Position numbers and translations under genes: made by a program. From positions 768,001-832,000 of the forward strand of contig JBGAHS010000003.1 of NCBI GenBank assembly GCA_044226015.1: 64,000 nucleotides of DNA. The letters are read 5' to 3'. The notes beneath the pieces were generated by a model that was not told where the DNA came from, searched no databases, and saw nothing but the letters and a program-made list of their open reading frames with translations. The DNA is from Candidatus Obscuribacteraceae bacterium (GTDB taxonomy: Bacteria > Cyanobacteriota > Vampirovibrionia > Obscuribacterales > Obscuribacteraceae). Every line of letters starts with the position of its first letter. The first letter of the stretch is position 1. Below are positions 40,601-49,132 of the stretch, piece after piece.

Positions 40601-41712
40601 ATCAAAATACTGTCGGGACTGATGCCTTGAGAAAGCAGATAGCCTGCTCGCTTTTGCAAACATAATGTCTTGCCTGTTCCGGATCCACCGACTAGAGCAA
40701 TGGGACCGCCACCAAATACGATTGCACTGCGCTGCACATCATCTTCTGGCAACTCGGGACAGGGAGGCAAAGACTGCCCGCTCAAAAGCCGCCCAAAGTG
40801 AGACCGCTTTCTTCCTTCCCTCCAGATATCCTCGACAACATCCACACATCCCGGAGTGTTGTTTAGAAGTTCTGAGCTGCTAAATTTCAAAATCTGCCAT
40901 CCATCCGAAAGCAAGACCAGGTCGCGCTTTGCTTCCCTCGTATTGATTTCATGACCTGACATCGCGGAAAGCAAATCACATTCAATATTCAGCCGTCTAT
41001 CACCTTGCATCAAAGCAAAGTCTAGAAGATAGTCACCCAAAACATGCTGTGGGAAGGGATCCAACCCTCTTTCGCGCAACGCAGTAAACAACTTCAATTC
41101 TGCTTTCAGCATCGGAGGAGCAGATTCTTCTCTTGAAGCTTTGAATTCCTCCTGGCTAATTGTGCAAGCCTGAATCAAGTACTGAAGTTTGTCCCAGTTA
41201 ACAGGTCGGTTGCAAAAATCAAAGTCACCACAAGCCCTTCCCTGCTTCATAAACTCAGCATATGGAAGTGGTGTGGTAATAATCGTGACTTTGCCAGAAA
41301 TGATGCGCGGGAAAAGCACATAGTAAAGCAAATACCAGATATGACTGGGTCTTCGTGGTGGCATTAAAGAGTCAAGAATAACCACATCATTGCCACTCAT
41401 CTCCAACTCGATTTTCGAAGCGAGAGGTCGCGCGAAAAGTGCCTTCTCGTGTGTCTCGTTGAAAATAAAATCCGCCTGCTGATAGAGCATGTCACCAGCA
41501 ATTACAAATGGAGAATAGGCGCGAGACTTCAGATTGATCACTGCAGCTTCAAGACTCACCGCAAGCTCCTCAGTCCAATCAGACAGAAAGAGTCCGCGAA
41601 CCGAACCACTGTAAAGACCGATCGTGTTGACAAACCACTGCAGTGCCTCACGCCAGTCCGCTGGTGTGGACATCATTCCTTGATTTCTTTCGTTTCTCCG
41701 ACTCTTGGCCAA
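37600..41712 (-). CDS. Multidomain SF1A (UvrD/PcrA-like) helicase fusion: N-terminal domain, DUF559-like nuclease, helicase, Pro-rich linker, double zinc ribbon
   Basis: DUF559/Vsr-like segment (E..LF.AL...QH.LGDYLLDFA...LNIECD..H...RD..L..DGWQILKF); GGSGTGKT, DEYQE, EEERRLFYVAFTRARE; C-terminal CxxC...FCGECG repeated twice. Confidence 0.82.
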   Translation of the reverse strand: MAKSRRNERNQGMMSTPADWREALQWFVNTIGLYSGSVRGLFLSDWTEELAVSLEAAVINLKSRAYSPFVIAGDMLYQQADFIFNETHEKALFARPLASKIELEMSGNDVVILDSLMPPRRPSHIWYLLYYVLFPRIISGKVTIITTPLPYAEFMKQGRACGDFDFCNRPVNWDKLQYLIQACTISQEEFKASREESAPPMLKAELKLFTALRERGLDPFPQHVLGDYLLDFALMQGDRRLNIECDLLSAMSGHEINTREAKRDLVLLSDGWQILKFSSSELLNNTPGCVDVVEDIWREGRKRSHFGRLLSGQSLPPCPELPEDDVQRSAIVFGGGPIALVGGSGTGKTLCLQKRAGYLLSQGISPDSILILSYSADTARLLKQSLETNIDKQWAPRLNVISFHDLGMKILKENINTIKRKPPLKLETSPEKVIQKLLSKARKDTDSLKLEMSGEIDEFYVYDMISMYKTHLISAKQAKDQAENETESMVARVYQAYEDQLQKTNRIDRNDVFGMAVNLLLENSELRTKYQSQYEFILADEYQEVTVAQDMLARIIAAPQDNFFISGDEDETISESKNACPELLADFTIRFPNGRAITMEHNWRCHPTIVEHAKWIISYLERSKIKKPFDSGWGAVPTAAIFGPQACIDEGEDAAWTAQQVKNLIDAGRNAGDIAIIYRQNQYETMLEEELAARGVRFKASVSDSSVIPDELGDMLAFLKLVMDPDGPRARESFERVCQLGTKEIDPKLSATIASFAGANNLSYLKAVEIYAEATADHSCKELEQLVKVIRAMNNDRLPPAESIGYLRRTRRLNDYYKNIKVPPGQVYEPLKKLGRMEEEARKFSTVVEFVQHVEDRIGDYEDKNEEQAVHVKSVYDVKGSEFPVVFLVGLAEGLFPLSGTADLEEERRLFYVAFTRAREGIYLSFPCKSAGNDLGPSRFLAESRLIANVPVQVAPPMRAAEPAAPVHVEPAPVPVLAQPVPQPAPVQPASPPSAPPQIAESPVQMQPVSPVQISRPQPPVLPQAPTAPVTPPVLPVAPVQPINPAVRAVNQGQPNQSAVEPVAPLVDPHPVQSQVDALSSVPPMPAVSPPIQAAVPIEAPAALVAPQDPNMLLYGSTRYLDPTDIVPSPQAPEDKPLELSKGLTPYVDNPEPAAARGMKKLPPSKNKKQEEAPPLVKEPDIPAPPAPPPMPALPPSAMRVQPYTGVPMQGPPGPVQSRSVPDPDLNSAAQNSGVLDTPFGAPQSASPYGTPSQPNYAFDDAEVPANTYHSAGEPASYQEEEIAEGIPVCPSCSNPLEANASFCGECGYSLPTRIEACSGCSAPLEPEAKFCGECGTPVPQGAPQGTAAELKQDPNKPGTFVKFLKFLEG

Positions 41713-42001
41713 TTTGATTCCGTTTTTCTCTGACTGATATTCTGCGAAAAAATTTTTCTTCTAAAAATGATCTACCAACATTTCTACTGCAAATATTCCC
41801 GTTCTCCTTGTCTATAACCACTTCTAGCATGAAGAGACATTTCAAGATGGCAGATTTCTTCATTACGTGGGTACATTTACAATGCAAACTTGACATTTCT
41901 GCAATCGAAATGACAGTGTACAATCGAACATGGTGTCAAATCCTCTAGTCAAGGGTATGACTACTGCAGACCGGCAATCACTTCGAAAGGAGACATCTCC
42001 A

Positions 42002-42223
42002 ATGAAAAAGGCGCTAGTTATCCTGGCAGCTTTGTCCACAACATCTTTACCAGCGTTCAGTCAGGCTTGCGGCGACGAAGGTCGCTACTTCCACCTGACC
42101 CCGCCAGACTACTCGATTCCGAGTGCTAGAAGACATGCTATCCACAGATACGCAAAAGCTCTTCGTTGGTATCATGAGCACCTGGGCGACAAACCCTTGT
42201 GCGTAAACGGCAAACCCCAGTAA
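42002..42223 (+). CDS. Small secreted hypothetical protein (73 aa)
   Basis: AAGGAG RBS; MKKALVILAAL signal peptide. Confidence 0.65.
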   Translation: MKKALVILAALSTTSLPAFSQACGDEGRYFHLTPPDYSIPSARRHAIHRYAKALRWYHEHLGDKPLCVNGKPQ

Positions 42224-42332
42224 GCGGGTTATCTAAGGTTTTTATACAAGCAATGTCTACATAGACGTTGCCTGGAGATTCTTGTCCTCAAACAAGTTGT
42301 TGAGAGATAAGCTGCCGTACTGCAAATCTACA

Positions 42333-42356
42333 GGGAGGTCGAAAGGCCTCCTTTTT
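42333..42356 (+). terminator. Intrinsic terminator
   Basis: GGAGGTC-GAAA-GGCCTCC followed by TTTTT. Confidence 0.8.
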
Positions 42357-42411
42357 GCTATTTTCTAACTATCGACCTGCTCAGAGCTAACAAGCGACGG
42401 AACGATACTGA

Positions 42412-42765
42412 TTAATCAAACGAATAGCCCAGAAAGCACACCTTATCTGCTCTTCCATCCACATAGCAAACAACAAAACAACCTTTCCCTCTATCGAGAA
42501 TTTCCCAGATAGAGTAATCACCCGCCATTACCTGGTCTTCCGTAGGCTCTTCTGTTTCAAAGAGATTCATCAACGTTTCTTCGTCAAGCGGACGAACACA
42601 AACAAATCCCGAGGGATCTTCTGAGTCAAAAGCCTGCTCGTCAAACCTGATATTGCCTCGCCAGTCTGCGGGCAAGCCTTGTTTTATTTCACTTATATTC
42701 TTTTCAAAAGTGTTTCGTGCACTCGATTCAAACTTCGCCACAAACTGCCAGGTATGCCCGCCCAT
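42412..42765 (-). CDS. Hypothetical acidic protein
   Basis: 117-aa ORF ending FLGYSFD; AGGA RBS. Confidence 0.6.
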   Translation of the reverse strand: MGGHTWQFVAKFESSARNTFEKNISEIKQGLPADWRGNIRFDEQAFDSEDPSGFVCVRPLDEETLMNLFETEEPTEDQVMAGDYSIWEILDRGKGCFVVCYVDGRADKVCFLGYSFD

Positions 42766-42805
42766 TTCAAATTCCTATGACACTTGCCGAGAGCTAGTTA
42801 GACAA

Positions 42806-43240
42806 TTAGTTACCTATGTTTGAATTCAAAAAATAGAAGCAGGACATCATCACCATCATTGATGAAGTAACGCCGAGCCAGAAAGCAGCAATAACAATTT
42901 GCCAAACGATAAGTGCTTGCCTTGCCGTTAGACTGACGATAATGCCGAGTCGGTTGATCATGTAGAGCACGACAGCTAGGACCGTCAGCAGCAACGGCAA
43001 AAGCTTCAAACCAGGTGCGACAGGAAGCGCCACTGCCGCCACCAGGCTCATGATACAAATCACCACAAGACCAATAGTCACGTAATCCGAAATTCTTTGT
43101 CTTACGGACTCTGTAACGGAAGCTTCGTTGATATGCTTAATCGCCGCAACAACATTACGTAAGCCACCACGTCTGGCGCCTTCGAACTCTTCTTTCGCGT
43201 CATCGCCTTGCGGGTTCTTCGTTATATCTGAGTCAGCCAC
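42806..43240 (-). CDS. Hypothetical membrane protein (3 TM)
   Basis: Hydrophobic helices; GAGG RBS before GTG 43240. Confidence 0.65.
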   Translation of the reverse strand: MADSDITKNPQGDDAKEEFEGARRGGLRNVVAAIKHINEASVTESVRQRISDYVTIGLVVICIMSLVAAVALPVAPGLKLLPLLLTVLAVVLYMINRLGIIVSLTARQALIVWQIVIAAFWLGVTSSMMVMMSCFYFLNSNIGN

Positions 43241-43332
43241 GGAGATCCTCCAGATGCAAATTCTTGTATTATCAGTCTGACTACTTTGACTTCCAATCAA
43301 GTCATTCCCTGCAAAACCAGAGATTAACCAAT

Positions 43333-44271
43333 TTGCCCCAGAACAACGAAGAAATCAAACTCGAAGAAAGCGCTAAAGTCTGGGTTGCAGTGCTGCATTA
43401 CCTCGGAGTCGAGCACACGCGCAAATGTCTTAACAGCATCAAGAACCTTGAGCATCGCCCGTTTCAAATACTTATTACTGATAACTCTTCGCCTGATAAA
43501 AGCGGCTCGCTGCTGCATCAGGAGTTTCCAGACTGTCATTATCAGCTGCTTTCCGAAAATAAAGGTTTTGCCGGTGGAAGTAATGCGTCAGTAAATTACT
43601 GCATTGAGCACGGCGCAGAATGGGTTTGGATCCTGAATAACGACACAGAATTAGATGCCGACTCACTGTCAAAATTGCTCTCGATGGCTGCCAAAAATCC
43701 AAAGGCTGCCATACTCGGAGCAGCCGTCTTTACGCCCACCGAAACAGGTTTTCATCAATCGGGAATCGGACAAATTGATTTTGCAAAAGCAAAAACCTAT
43801 GAACGCGGAGAAATCGATAAAAGCAAAGAAACAATTGAATGCCAGTGGCTATCAGGCTCAAACATGCTGATTCGCAGCCAGGCGTTCAAAGAAATTGGTG
43901 GATTCGACGAAAATTTCTATCTCTACTTTGAAGACACAGACTTATGCTGGAGACTACGCGAACAAGGCTGGACCTGTGTTTTCGTCCCTGGTGCAAACTT
44001 GCGTCATATTGGAAACGCTTCAACACAGGGGAAGTTAGCCATCTGGCGCGCCTACTACCATACACGAAACCGTTTGTTATTCTTCCTCAAAGTAAAACAC
44101 GGGGTCGCTGCAATTCCTGTACTCTTCGCAATTCTCACGCACGTATTCAGACACTGCCTTGTGCTTCCATTTCGTGGAGAAGATGGAAAAAGAAAACTCC
44201 GTGCTGAACTGCTCGGAGTTAAAGACTTCTTTAGTGGCAAGCTGGGCAGAGGCGAATCTCTAGACTTTTAG
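43333..44271 (+). CDS. Glycosyltransferase family 2
   Basis: Motifs TDNSSPD, NKGFAGG, ILNND, GGFDENFYLYFEDTDLC; start uncertain (TTG 43333). Confidence 0.88.
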   Translation: MPQNNEEIKLEESAKVWVAVLHYLGVEHTRKCLNSIKNLEHRPFQILITDNSSPDKSGSLLHQEFPDCHYQLLSENKGFAGGSNASVNYCIEHGAEWVWILNNDTELDADSLSKLLSMAAKNPKAAILGAAVFTPTETGFHQSGIGQIDFAKAKTYERGEIDKSKETIECQWLSGSNMLIRSQAFKEIGGFDENFYLYFEDTDLCWRLREQGWTCVFVPGANLRHIGNASTQGKLAIWRAYYHTRNRLLFFLKVKHGVAAIPVLFAILTHVFRHCLVLPFRGEDGKRKLRAELLGVKDFFSGKLGRGESLDF

Positions 44272-44357
44272 CAACCCAGCTCTCCAACGTCACCACATCT
44301 GATACCAGTGTGCCACCAGAATATTGAGTTCCTACCGTATGAATGAAGCGCGCTGAA

Positions 44358-44867
44358 CTACTCGGCAGCTTCAGCCCCTTCTTCTTCGGCTCCGTGTTCA
44401 CCCACGTAGCTGATAACAATTCTTCTGTCCGGATCCTCACCCTTACTATTCGAAGAGAGCTCTGGGAAATGTTCCTGGAGGTATTTATGAACTATTCTTC
44501 TTTCGAAAGCGCTCATTGAAACGAGTTCAACTTCCTCAGACTCTCCGTTGAGAACTGCCACTGCGCCTTCTTTAGCCTGGTCAACAATCATCTCACGTCT
44601 ACGCTGACGGTAGTTTGCAACATCGAGAAGAAAATGCGATTGTTCTATTCTCGTACCTTTGCACATCTGTCTTAGCAAAAACTGAATTGCTTCAAGAGTC
44701 TGACCTTTCTTGCCAATTAAGAGTTTTGCATCTGAAGGTTTGCAATCAATTCGATAACAACGAGTCGATTCATCAATGTCTTCTTCGTGAATGACAGCAT
44801 CAATATCAAGAATCGCTAGTATTTTTTCCAGGTAGCTTCTGGCGTTTTCATCATGCAGGGTATTCAT
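44358..44867 (-). CDS. jag: Jag/KhpB-like RNA-binding protein (KH plus R3H)
   Basis: LIGKKGQTLEAIQ (KH) and ERRIVH (R3H); directly after yidC. Confidence 0.88.
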   Translation of the reverse strand: MNTLHDENARSYLEKILAILDIDAVIHEEDIDESTRCYRIDCKPSDAKLLIGKKGQTLEAIQFLLRQMCKGTRIEQSHFLLDVANYRQRRREMIVDQAKEGAVAVLNGESEEVELVSMSAFERRIVHKYLQEHFPELSSNSKGEDPDRRIVISYVGEHGAEEEGAEAAE

Positions 44868-44883
44868 GAGAACTTGTCTTCCT

Positions 44884-46494
44884 TTAGTTATCGAGTTCTT
44901 TCACATTTTCCTTCAAGGGTAATTTTACAGATTCGTCTGCATCTTTCTTCTTCTTGTCATTTGGTGTCACATCTATGACCTCAGAATTTTTCGCACCCTT
45001 GTTCTTGTTTTCTTTCTTTTCTTCTTTTTTCTTGTTGTCAGTCGGCAACACTTCTACCGCGCCATCCTCGTCGAAATCCTTGAATTCAGGTGCCGGAGAC
45101 TGCATGATCAACCACGTCTGCAATGTCTGAACAACGTTCGAGAAAACCATGTAGAGGTAGACTCCTGCCGGCAGTGGCATAAAGAAAAACATCGCAGTTA
45201 CCGTAAACGGCATGATCTGCTGAGTTTGCTTTTGCACCGCAGCTTGCTCTGGGTCTGTTGGGGTTGAAGTAACCATGAACTTTTGCGAGAGGAACATGGT
45301 GAAACCAAATAAGAGGATCAGCGAGAGAACGTCGAAGTTTTCAGGCTTCAAGAGATCCATTCCTTTGGCAGTTTTTCCAATGCTGTTAATGAAAAGGAAT
45401 GGCTCATGCTTTGCTTCACCAGGAATCATCGCATTTACTACTACTTCGCCATCATGACGGAAAGTCGCTTTTCCGTTCTGATCTATAGAACTTCCGTTTG
45501 CATCTTCAAGAACTCTCCAGTTAGGCTCGAAGCCAACTGGAAGCTGTCCCTCAACAGCTTGTACACGGAAATTGACAGGCTTTCCTGCTACAACTGTAAG
45601 ATCGCCGGGCTCAACAGCCAACTCCACCTTCTTTCCGTCAACTGTGCCGGACACCGTTGTATCTGATTTCTCTTTCTTTTCTTTTATCGCTTCTTCTGAA
45701 GAACCGCCTGGAAAACCAAAACCACCTTCTTTCTTAGGAAGAACTTTGACCTTCACTGGAATGGTCTGCTCTTCTCCACCAGTGATAGATGCTGGGATTA
45801 CCGCACCAAGCGTTATCTCCCCTTCCATTGGAAACATTGCCTGTCCACCAGGAGCAATACTTGCTCCATTGGGATCCATGGCAATCTTCCATTCCGGCTT
45901 GAAGTCATTTGGCATTTCACCCTGGCTTGCGCTCACAGTGAAATCAAGGCTGTTGTAGCCGTCTTTTGTAGGCTGGCCTTCTTGCCTTCCAAGAACCAGA
46001 GTAGAATCGCCGGGTCGCACTACAAACTTGCATAGCTTGCCGTCTTTGCTGATGTAGGCGGAATCAGACGAAGAAGTAGGATTCTGTGTGGTGGTTGTGT
46101 TATTCGCCTTATCAGGTGCAGTGAGCTTGACCTTAACTGGAATGGCTTTGTCCTGGAAGGGTGGTCCAGAGAAAGTTCCAAACAATGCAAACAAGATTGG
46201 CAACTGAACCAGCATTGGCAAGCAACCACCAACCGGATTGACCTTGTTCTTCATGTAGAACTCGGCCATCTTTTTTTGCAATTCCTCAGGACTATCTTTG
46301 TATTTTTCCTGAAGAGCCTTCAGTTTGGGCTGCACCTTGCTCATCGTTTGCATCGATTTGGTGGATGCTGAGACAAGCGGCCAAACCAGAATTCGCACAG
46401 CGAGCGTAAGACCAAGAATTGCCCAACCATAACTCCCCAGAGTCTTATCGAGAAACTGGAGCACTGGAAGCATGAAAAGATAGGAAATATCCAC
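44884..46494 (-). CDS. yidC: Membrane protein insertase YidC/Oxa1/Alb3
   Basis: Motifs YGWAI..LT..VR, NPVGGCLPMLVQLPI, LPAGVYLY; conserved gene context. Confidence 0.93.
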   Translation of the reverse strand: MDISYLFMLPVLQFLDKTLGSYGWAILGLTLAVRILVWPLVSASTKSMQTMSKVQPKLKALQEKYKDSPEELQKKMAEFYMKNKVNPVGGCLPMLVQLPILFALFGTFSGPPFQDKAIPVKVKLTAPDKANNTTTTQNPTSSSDSAYISKDGKLCKFVVRPGDSTLVLGRQEGQPTKDGYNSLDFTVSASQGEMPNDFKPEWKIAMDPNGASIAPGGQAMFPMEGEITLGAVIPASITGGEEQTIPVKVKVLPKKEGGFGFPGGSSEEAIKEKKEKSDTTVSGTVDGKKVELAVEPGDLTVVAGKPVNFRVQAVEGQLPVGFEPNWRVLEDANGSSIDQNGKATFRHDGEVVVNAMIPGEAKHEPFLFINSIGKTAKGMDLLKPENFDVLSLILLFGFTMFLSQKFMVTSTPTDPEQAAVQKQTQQIMPFTVTAMFFFMPLPAGVYLYMVFSNVVQTLQTWLIMQSPAPEFKDFDEDGAVEVLPTDNKKKEEKKENKNKGAKNSEVIDVTPNDKKKKDADESVKLPLKENVKELDN

Positions 46495-46497
46495 TAA

Positions 46498-46752
46498 TTA
46501 CACCTGTTTGCTAACAAATTTGGTACTGGCTCCAAAGCTAAATTGCTCTGGAACTTCGTCTAGTCCTGGCGTGCAGAACGGATTACAGCGTGCCACTCGG
46601 TATGTGGCGAGCAAGAAGCCTTTAATCAAGCCATGCTTCTCAAAACAGCCATATGCATAGTCAGAACAGGTCGGATAGAAACGACAACAAGCAGGCCGAA
46701 ACGGTCTGCTTTTCTGATATAGCCGAATAAGTAATAGAAGAATTTTTCTCAT
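46498..46752 (-). CDS. yidD: Membrane protein insertion efficiency factor
   Basis: Motif CRFYPTCSDYA...RCNPF..G.D.VP. Confidence 0.93.
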   Translation of the reverse strand: MRKILLLLIRLYQKSRPFRPACCRFYPTCSDYAYGCFEKHGLIKGFLLATYRVARCNPFCTPGLDEVPEQFSFGASTKFVSKQV

Positions 46753-46756
46753 GGCG

Positions 46757-47182
46757 TTATGAGGACGCCCTCTTTGCCCCGAATTTTTGGTTGGCTCGGT
46801 CCAAGCAATGTCTAATTGACTTCGCTATGTCCGCATACTCTGCTTTTAACACATCGGACTGCACAACCCAGACAATTGCATACCATTGTTTAATGTGCGC
46901 CAATTTTGAGACCTTATCGGTCTCTTCAGCAGATACTGAATTCAGTTCATTCTTGATGATTCTGTAAGCTTCCCGAACTCTTCGCTTCGCCCTGTTCCGA
47001 TGGCAAGCCTTGCTGAGCGTCTTTTTTGCAACGACGAACCCGGTCAAAGGAAGTCGTGGAGCGCTTTTAGCCTGACGTGGCAAAACATACAAAGTGAAAA
47101 GGTCCGAGTTGACGGACTTTCTTGCGTTATAAACTCGCTGAAAGAGTCCGGACTTCCTCAACCTTTCCGAATCAGGAAGCAC
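46757..47182 (-). CDS. rnpA: Ribonuclease P protein component
   Basis: KACHRNRAKRRVRE (RNR motif); lies between rpmH and yidD. Confidence 0.9.
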   Translation of the reverse strand: MLPDSERLRKSGLFQRVYNARKSVNSDLFTLYVLPRQAKSAPRLPLTGFVVAKKTLSKACHRNRAKRRVREAYRIIKNELNSVSAEETDKVSKLAHIKQWYAIVWVVQSDVLKAEYADIAKSIRHCLDRANQKFGAKRASS

Positions 47183-47191
47183 AGAACAACC

Positions 47192-47326
47192 TTATTTGCT
47201 GAGGCGGTAGCGTCCGCGTGCGCGGCGTGCCTTGATAACGTTTCTTCCATTTTTGCTGGACATTCTGGCCAGGAATCCACTGCTCTTTTTAGCTTTGCGG
47301 ATAGAGCCTCTGAGTGTGCGTTTCAT
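47192..47326 (-). CDS. rpmH: 50S ribosomal protein L34
   Basis: Manual translation [44 protein letters not shown] (44 aa, below the ORF-track cutoff). Confidence 0.96.
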   Translation of the reverse strand: MKRTLRGSIRKAKKSSGFLARMSSKNGRNVIKARRARGRYRLSK

Positions 47327-47683
47327 AACAAAATCGAACTCCGTACAAATTTGACTAATTATTGCAATAACGGTAATTGCTCAACTTAGCAAATACGGCA
47401 TGGGGAGCCGCGTTGCTTATAAATAACTTAGAAGTTGGCAAGTAATCGTTTATGCTATCATCACCAGCAGACTCTTAAGACCGGTCGTGAAGCGCGTCCT
47501 GGTTAAAATTTTACGATTTGAGCTGTTTCCAACAGCTTCATTTCTGCTCCCGTGCCCCAACCATACATGGATGTACACGCGGGAGCTCACTGTATAAAAA
47601 GCTCCTAAGAAATGGCTTTTCGTTACAGAATGCGCTTACTTCTTGTTTTCTGGTGTCCGGTAACTCATGTGAAAGCGACGTCG

Positions 47684-49132
47684 ATGAAATCAGAACAGCC
47701 GGAAGATATTTGCCTTGACAAACCACTCTCGGAAGTTTGGGCAGAAACGCTTGAAATTCTCTCCAAGAAACTTCCATTGCCTACATTCAATTCGTGGATA
47801 AGGCCGCTCCAGCTGACTCGATTAACCGCCAGTGAAGCGGCAATTGCTGTCAGAAATGAGTTCACTAGAGAACGAATTGCTAAGCTGACTCCGGAAATAA
47901 CCAATGCGCTCACTGAAGTAATTGGTCGACCAATCAAGCCTATTGTCGTTGTCGACACCAGTTTGGTAGATACCGAATACACACCATCTATTGCTTCCAT
48001 TACAGTCCTGCCTGCAGCGGAGCTGCCAACACAGCAGCAGACAGCCAAGCCTCCGCAACGCTCTAACGTTTCTGCCGTCTCTGCAGAGCAGGGCACTCGC
48101 GTAGGGCTCTCTAATCTGAATCCAAAGCACTTGTTTGAATCATTCGTCGTTGGAACAAGCAACACTTTTTCTCACGCCGCTGCTATGGCAGTCGCTAACA
48201 AACCGGGACAAGCCTACAATCCCTTGTTTCTTTATGGCGGAGTTGGGCTTGGAAAAACCCACCTTCTGCATGCGATAGGAAATGCAATTTTAGCTAAGGC
48301 ACCACATACGGTGATTCGCTACATGTCCTGCGAGAAATTCACAAATGACGTCATCAATTCGATAAGAGACGGAAAGATGGCTGAATTTAGAAAGAGATAC
48401 CGCCAGGTAGATCTTCTACTAATGGACGATATTCAATTTATTGAAAAGAAAGAATCCACTCAGGAGGAATTTTTCCATACGTTCAACCATTTGAGAGATA
48501 ACGGAAAACAAATTGTTCTGACGAGTGATCGCCCTCCAAAGGCCCTGGCTAGTTTGGAAGAACGATTGAGAAGTCGCTTCGAATGGGGTTTGATAACAGA
48601 TATTCAGGCACCGGACTATGAAATGCGTCTGGCAATTCTGCGCAAGAAAGCAGAACAGGAACATCTACCTGTACCAGAAGATGTTCTAGATTACATCGCA
48701 AACAGCTTCACCAGTAACATTCGCGAACTTGAAGGTGCCCTGCTGAGAGCTCACGCCTATTCTTCTTTAACCGGTTCAAATCTATCGGTTTCCATAATTT
48801 CATCGATTTTGAACCCGGGTGCTCCAAAGCGAAAAGATAAAGCTCCACTGACAATCGAAAGGCTGATCGATACTGTATCGGCTTATTACCATATTGAATC
48901 TGCAGACATAAAATCTTCGAAAAGATCGCAAGATTTAACCGTTCCGAGGCATGTTGCAATGTACCTCGCCCATGAGCTAATGACGATGAGCTTTCCACGA
49001 GTCGGACAGGCTTTCGGGAATCGCAAACATACATCTGCACTATATGCGTACGATAAGGTAAAGGAAGCGATCTCTAAAGACCCGGCCATTGCTGAGGCAG
49101 TTCGCGAAATCTCCCGTCAATTGGACGTTTGA
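47684..49132 (+). CDS. dnaA: Chromosomal replication initiator DnaA
   Basis: Motifs YNPLFLYGGVGLGKTHL, DDIQF, QEEFFHTFN, RLRSRFEWGL, NIRELEGAL; start ATG 47684 or slightly upstream. Confidence 0.98.
   Translation: MKSEQPEDICLDKPLSEVWAETLEILSKKLPLPTFNSWIRPLQLTRLTASEAAIAVRNEFTRERIAKLTPEITNALTEVIGRPIKPIVVVDTSLVDTEYTPSIASITVLPAAELPTQQQTAKPPQRSNVSAVSAEQGTRVGLSNLNPKHLFESFVVGTSNTFSHAAAMAVANKPGQAYNPLFLYGGVGLGKTHLLHAIGNAILAKAPHTVIRYMSCEKFTNDVINSIRDGKMAEFRKRYRQVDLLLMDDIQFIEKKESTQEEFFHTFNHLRDNGKQIVLTSDRPPKALASLEERLRSRFEWGLITDIQAPDYEMRLAILRKKAEQEHLPVPEDVLDYIANSFTSNIRELEGALLRAHAYSSLTGSNLSVSIISSILNPGAPKRKDKAPLTIERLIDTVSAYYHIESADIKSSKRSQDLTVPRHVAMYLAHELMTMSFPRVGQAFGNRKHTSALYAYDKVKEAISKDPAIAEAVREISRQLDV

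Noticed and set aside
42205..42240. GGCAAACC...GGTT resembling a cyclic di-GMP-I (GEMM) riboswitch start
   Set aside because: Lacks the GNRA-capped P2 and GACGCAAAGC junction, lies at a CDS 3' end, and an alternative pairing explains the region better.
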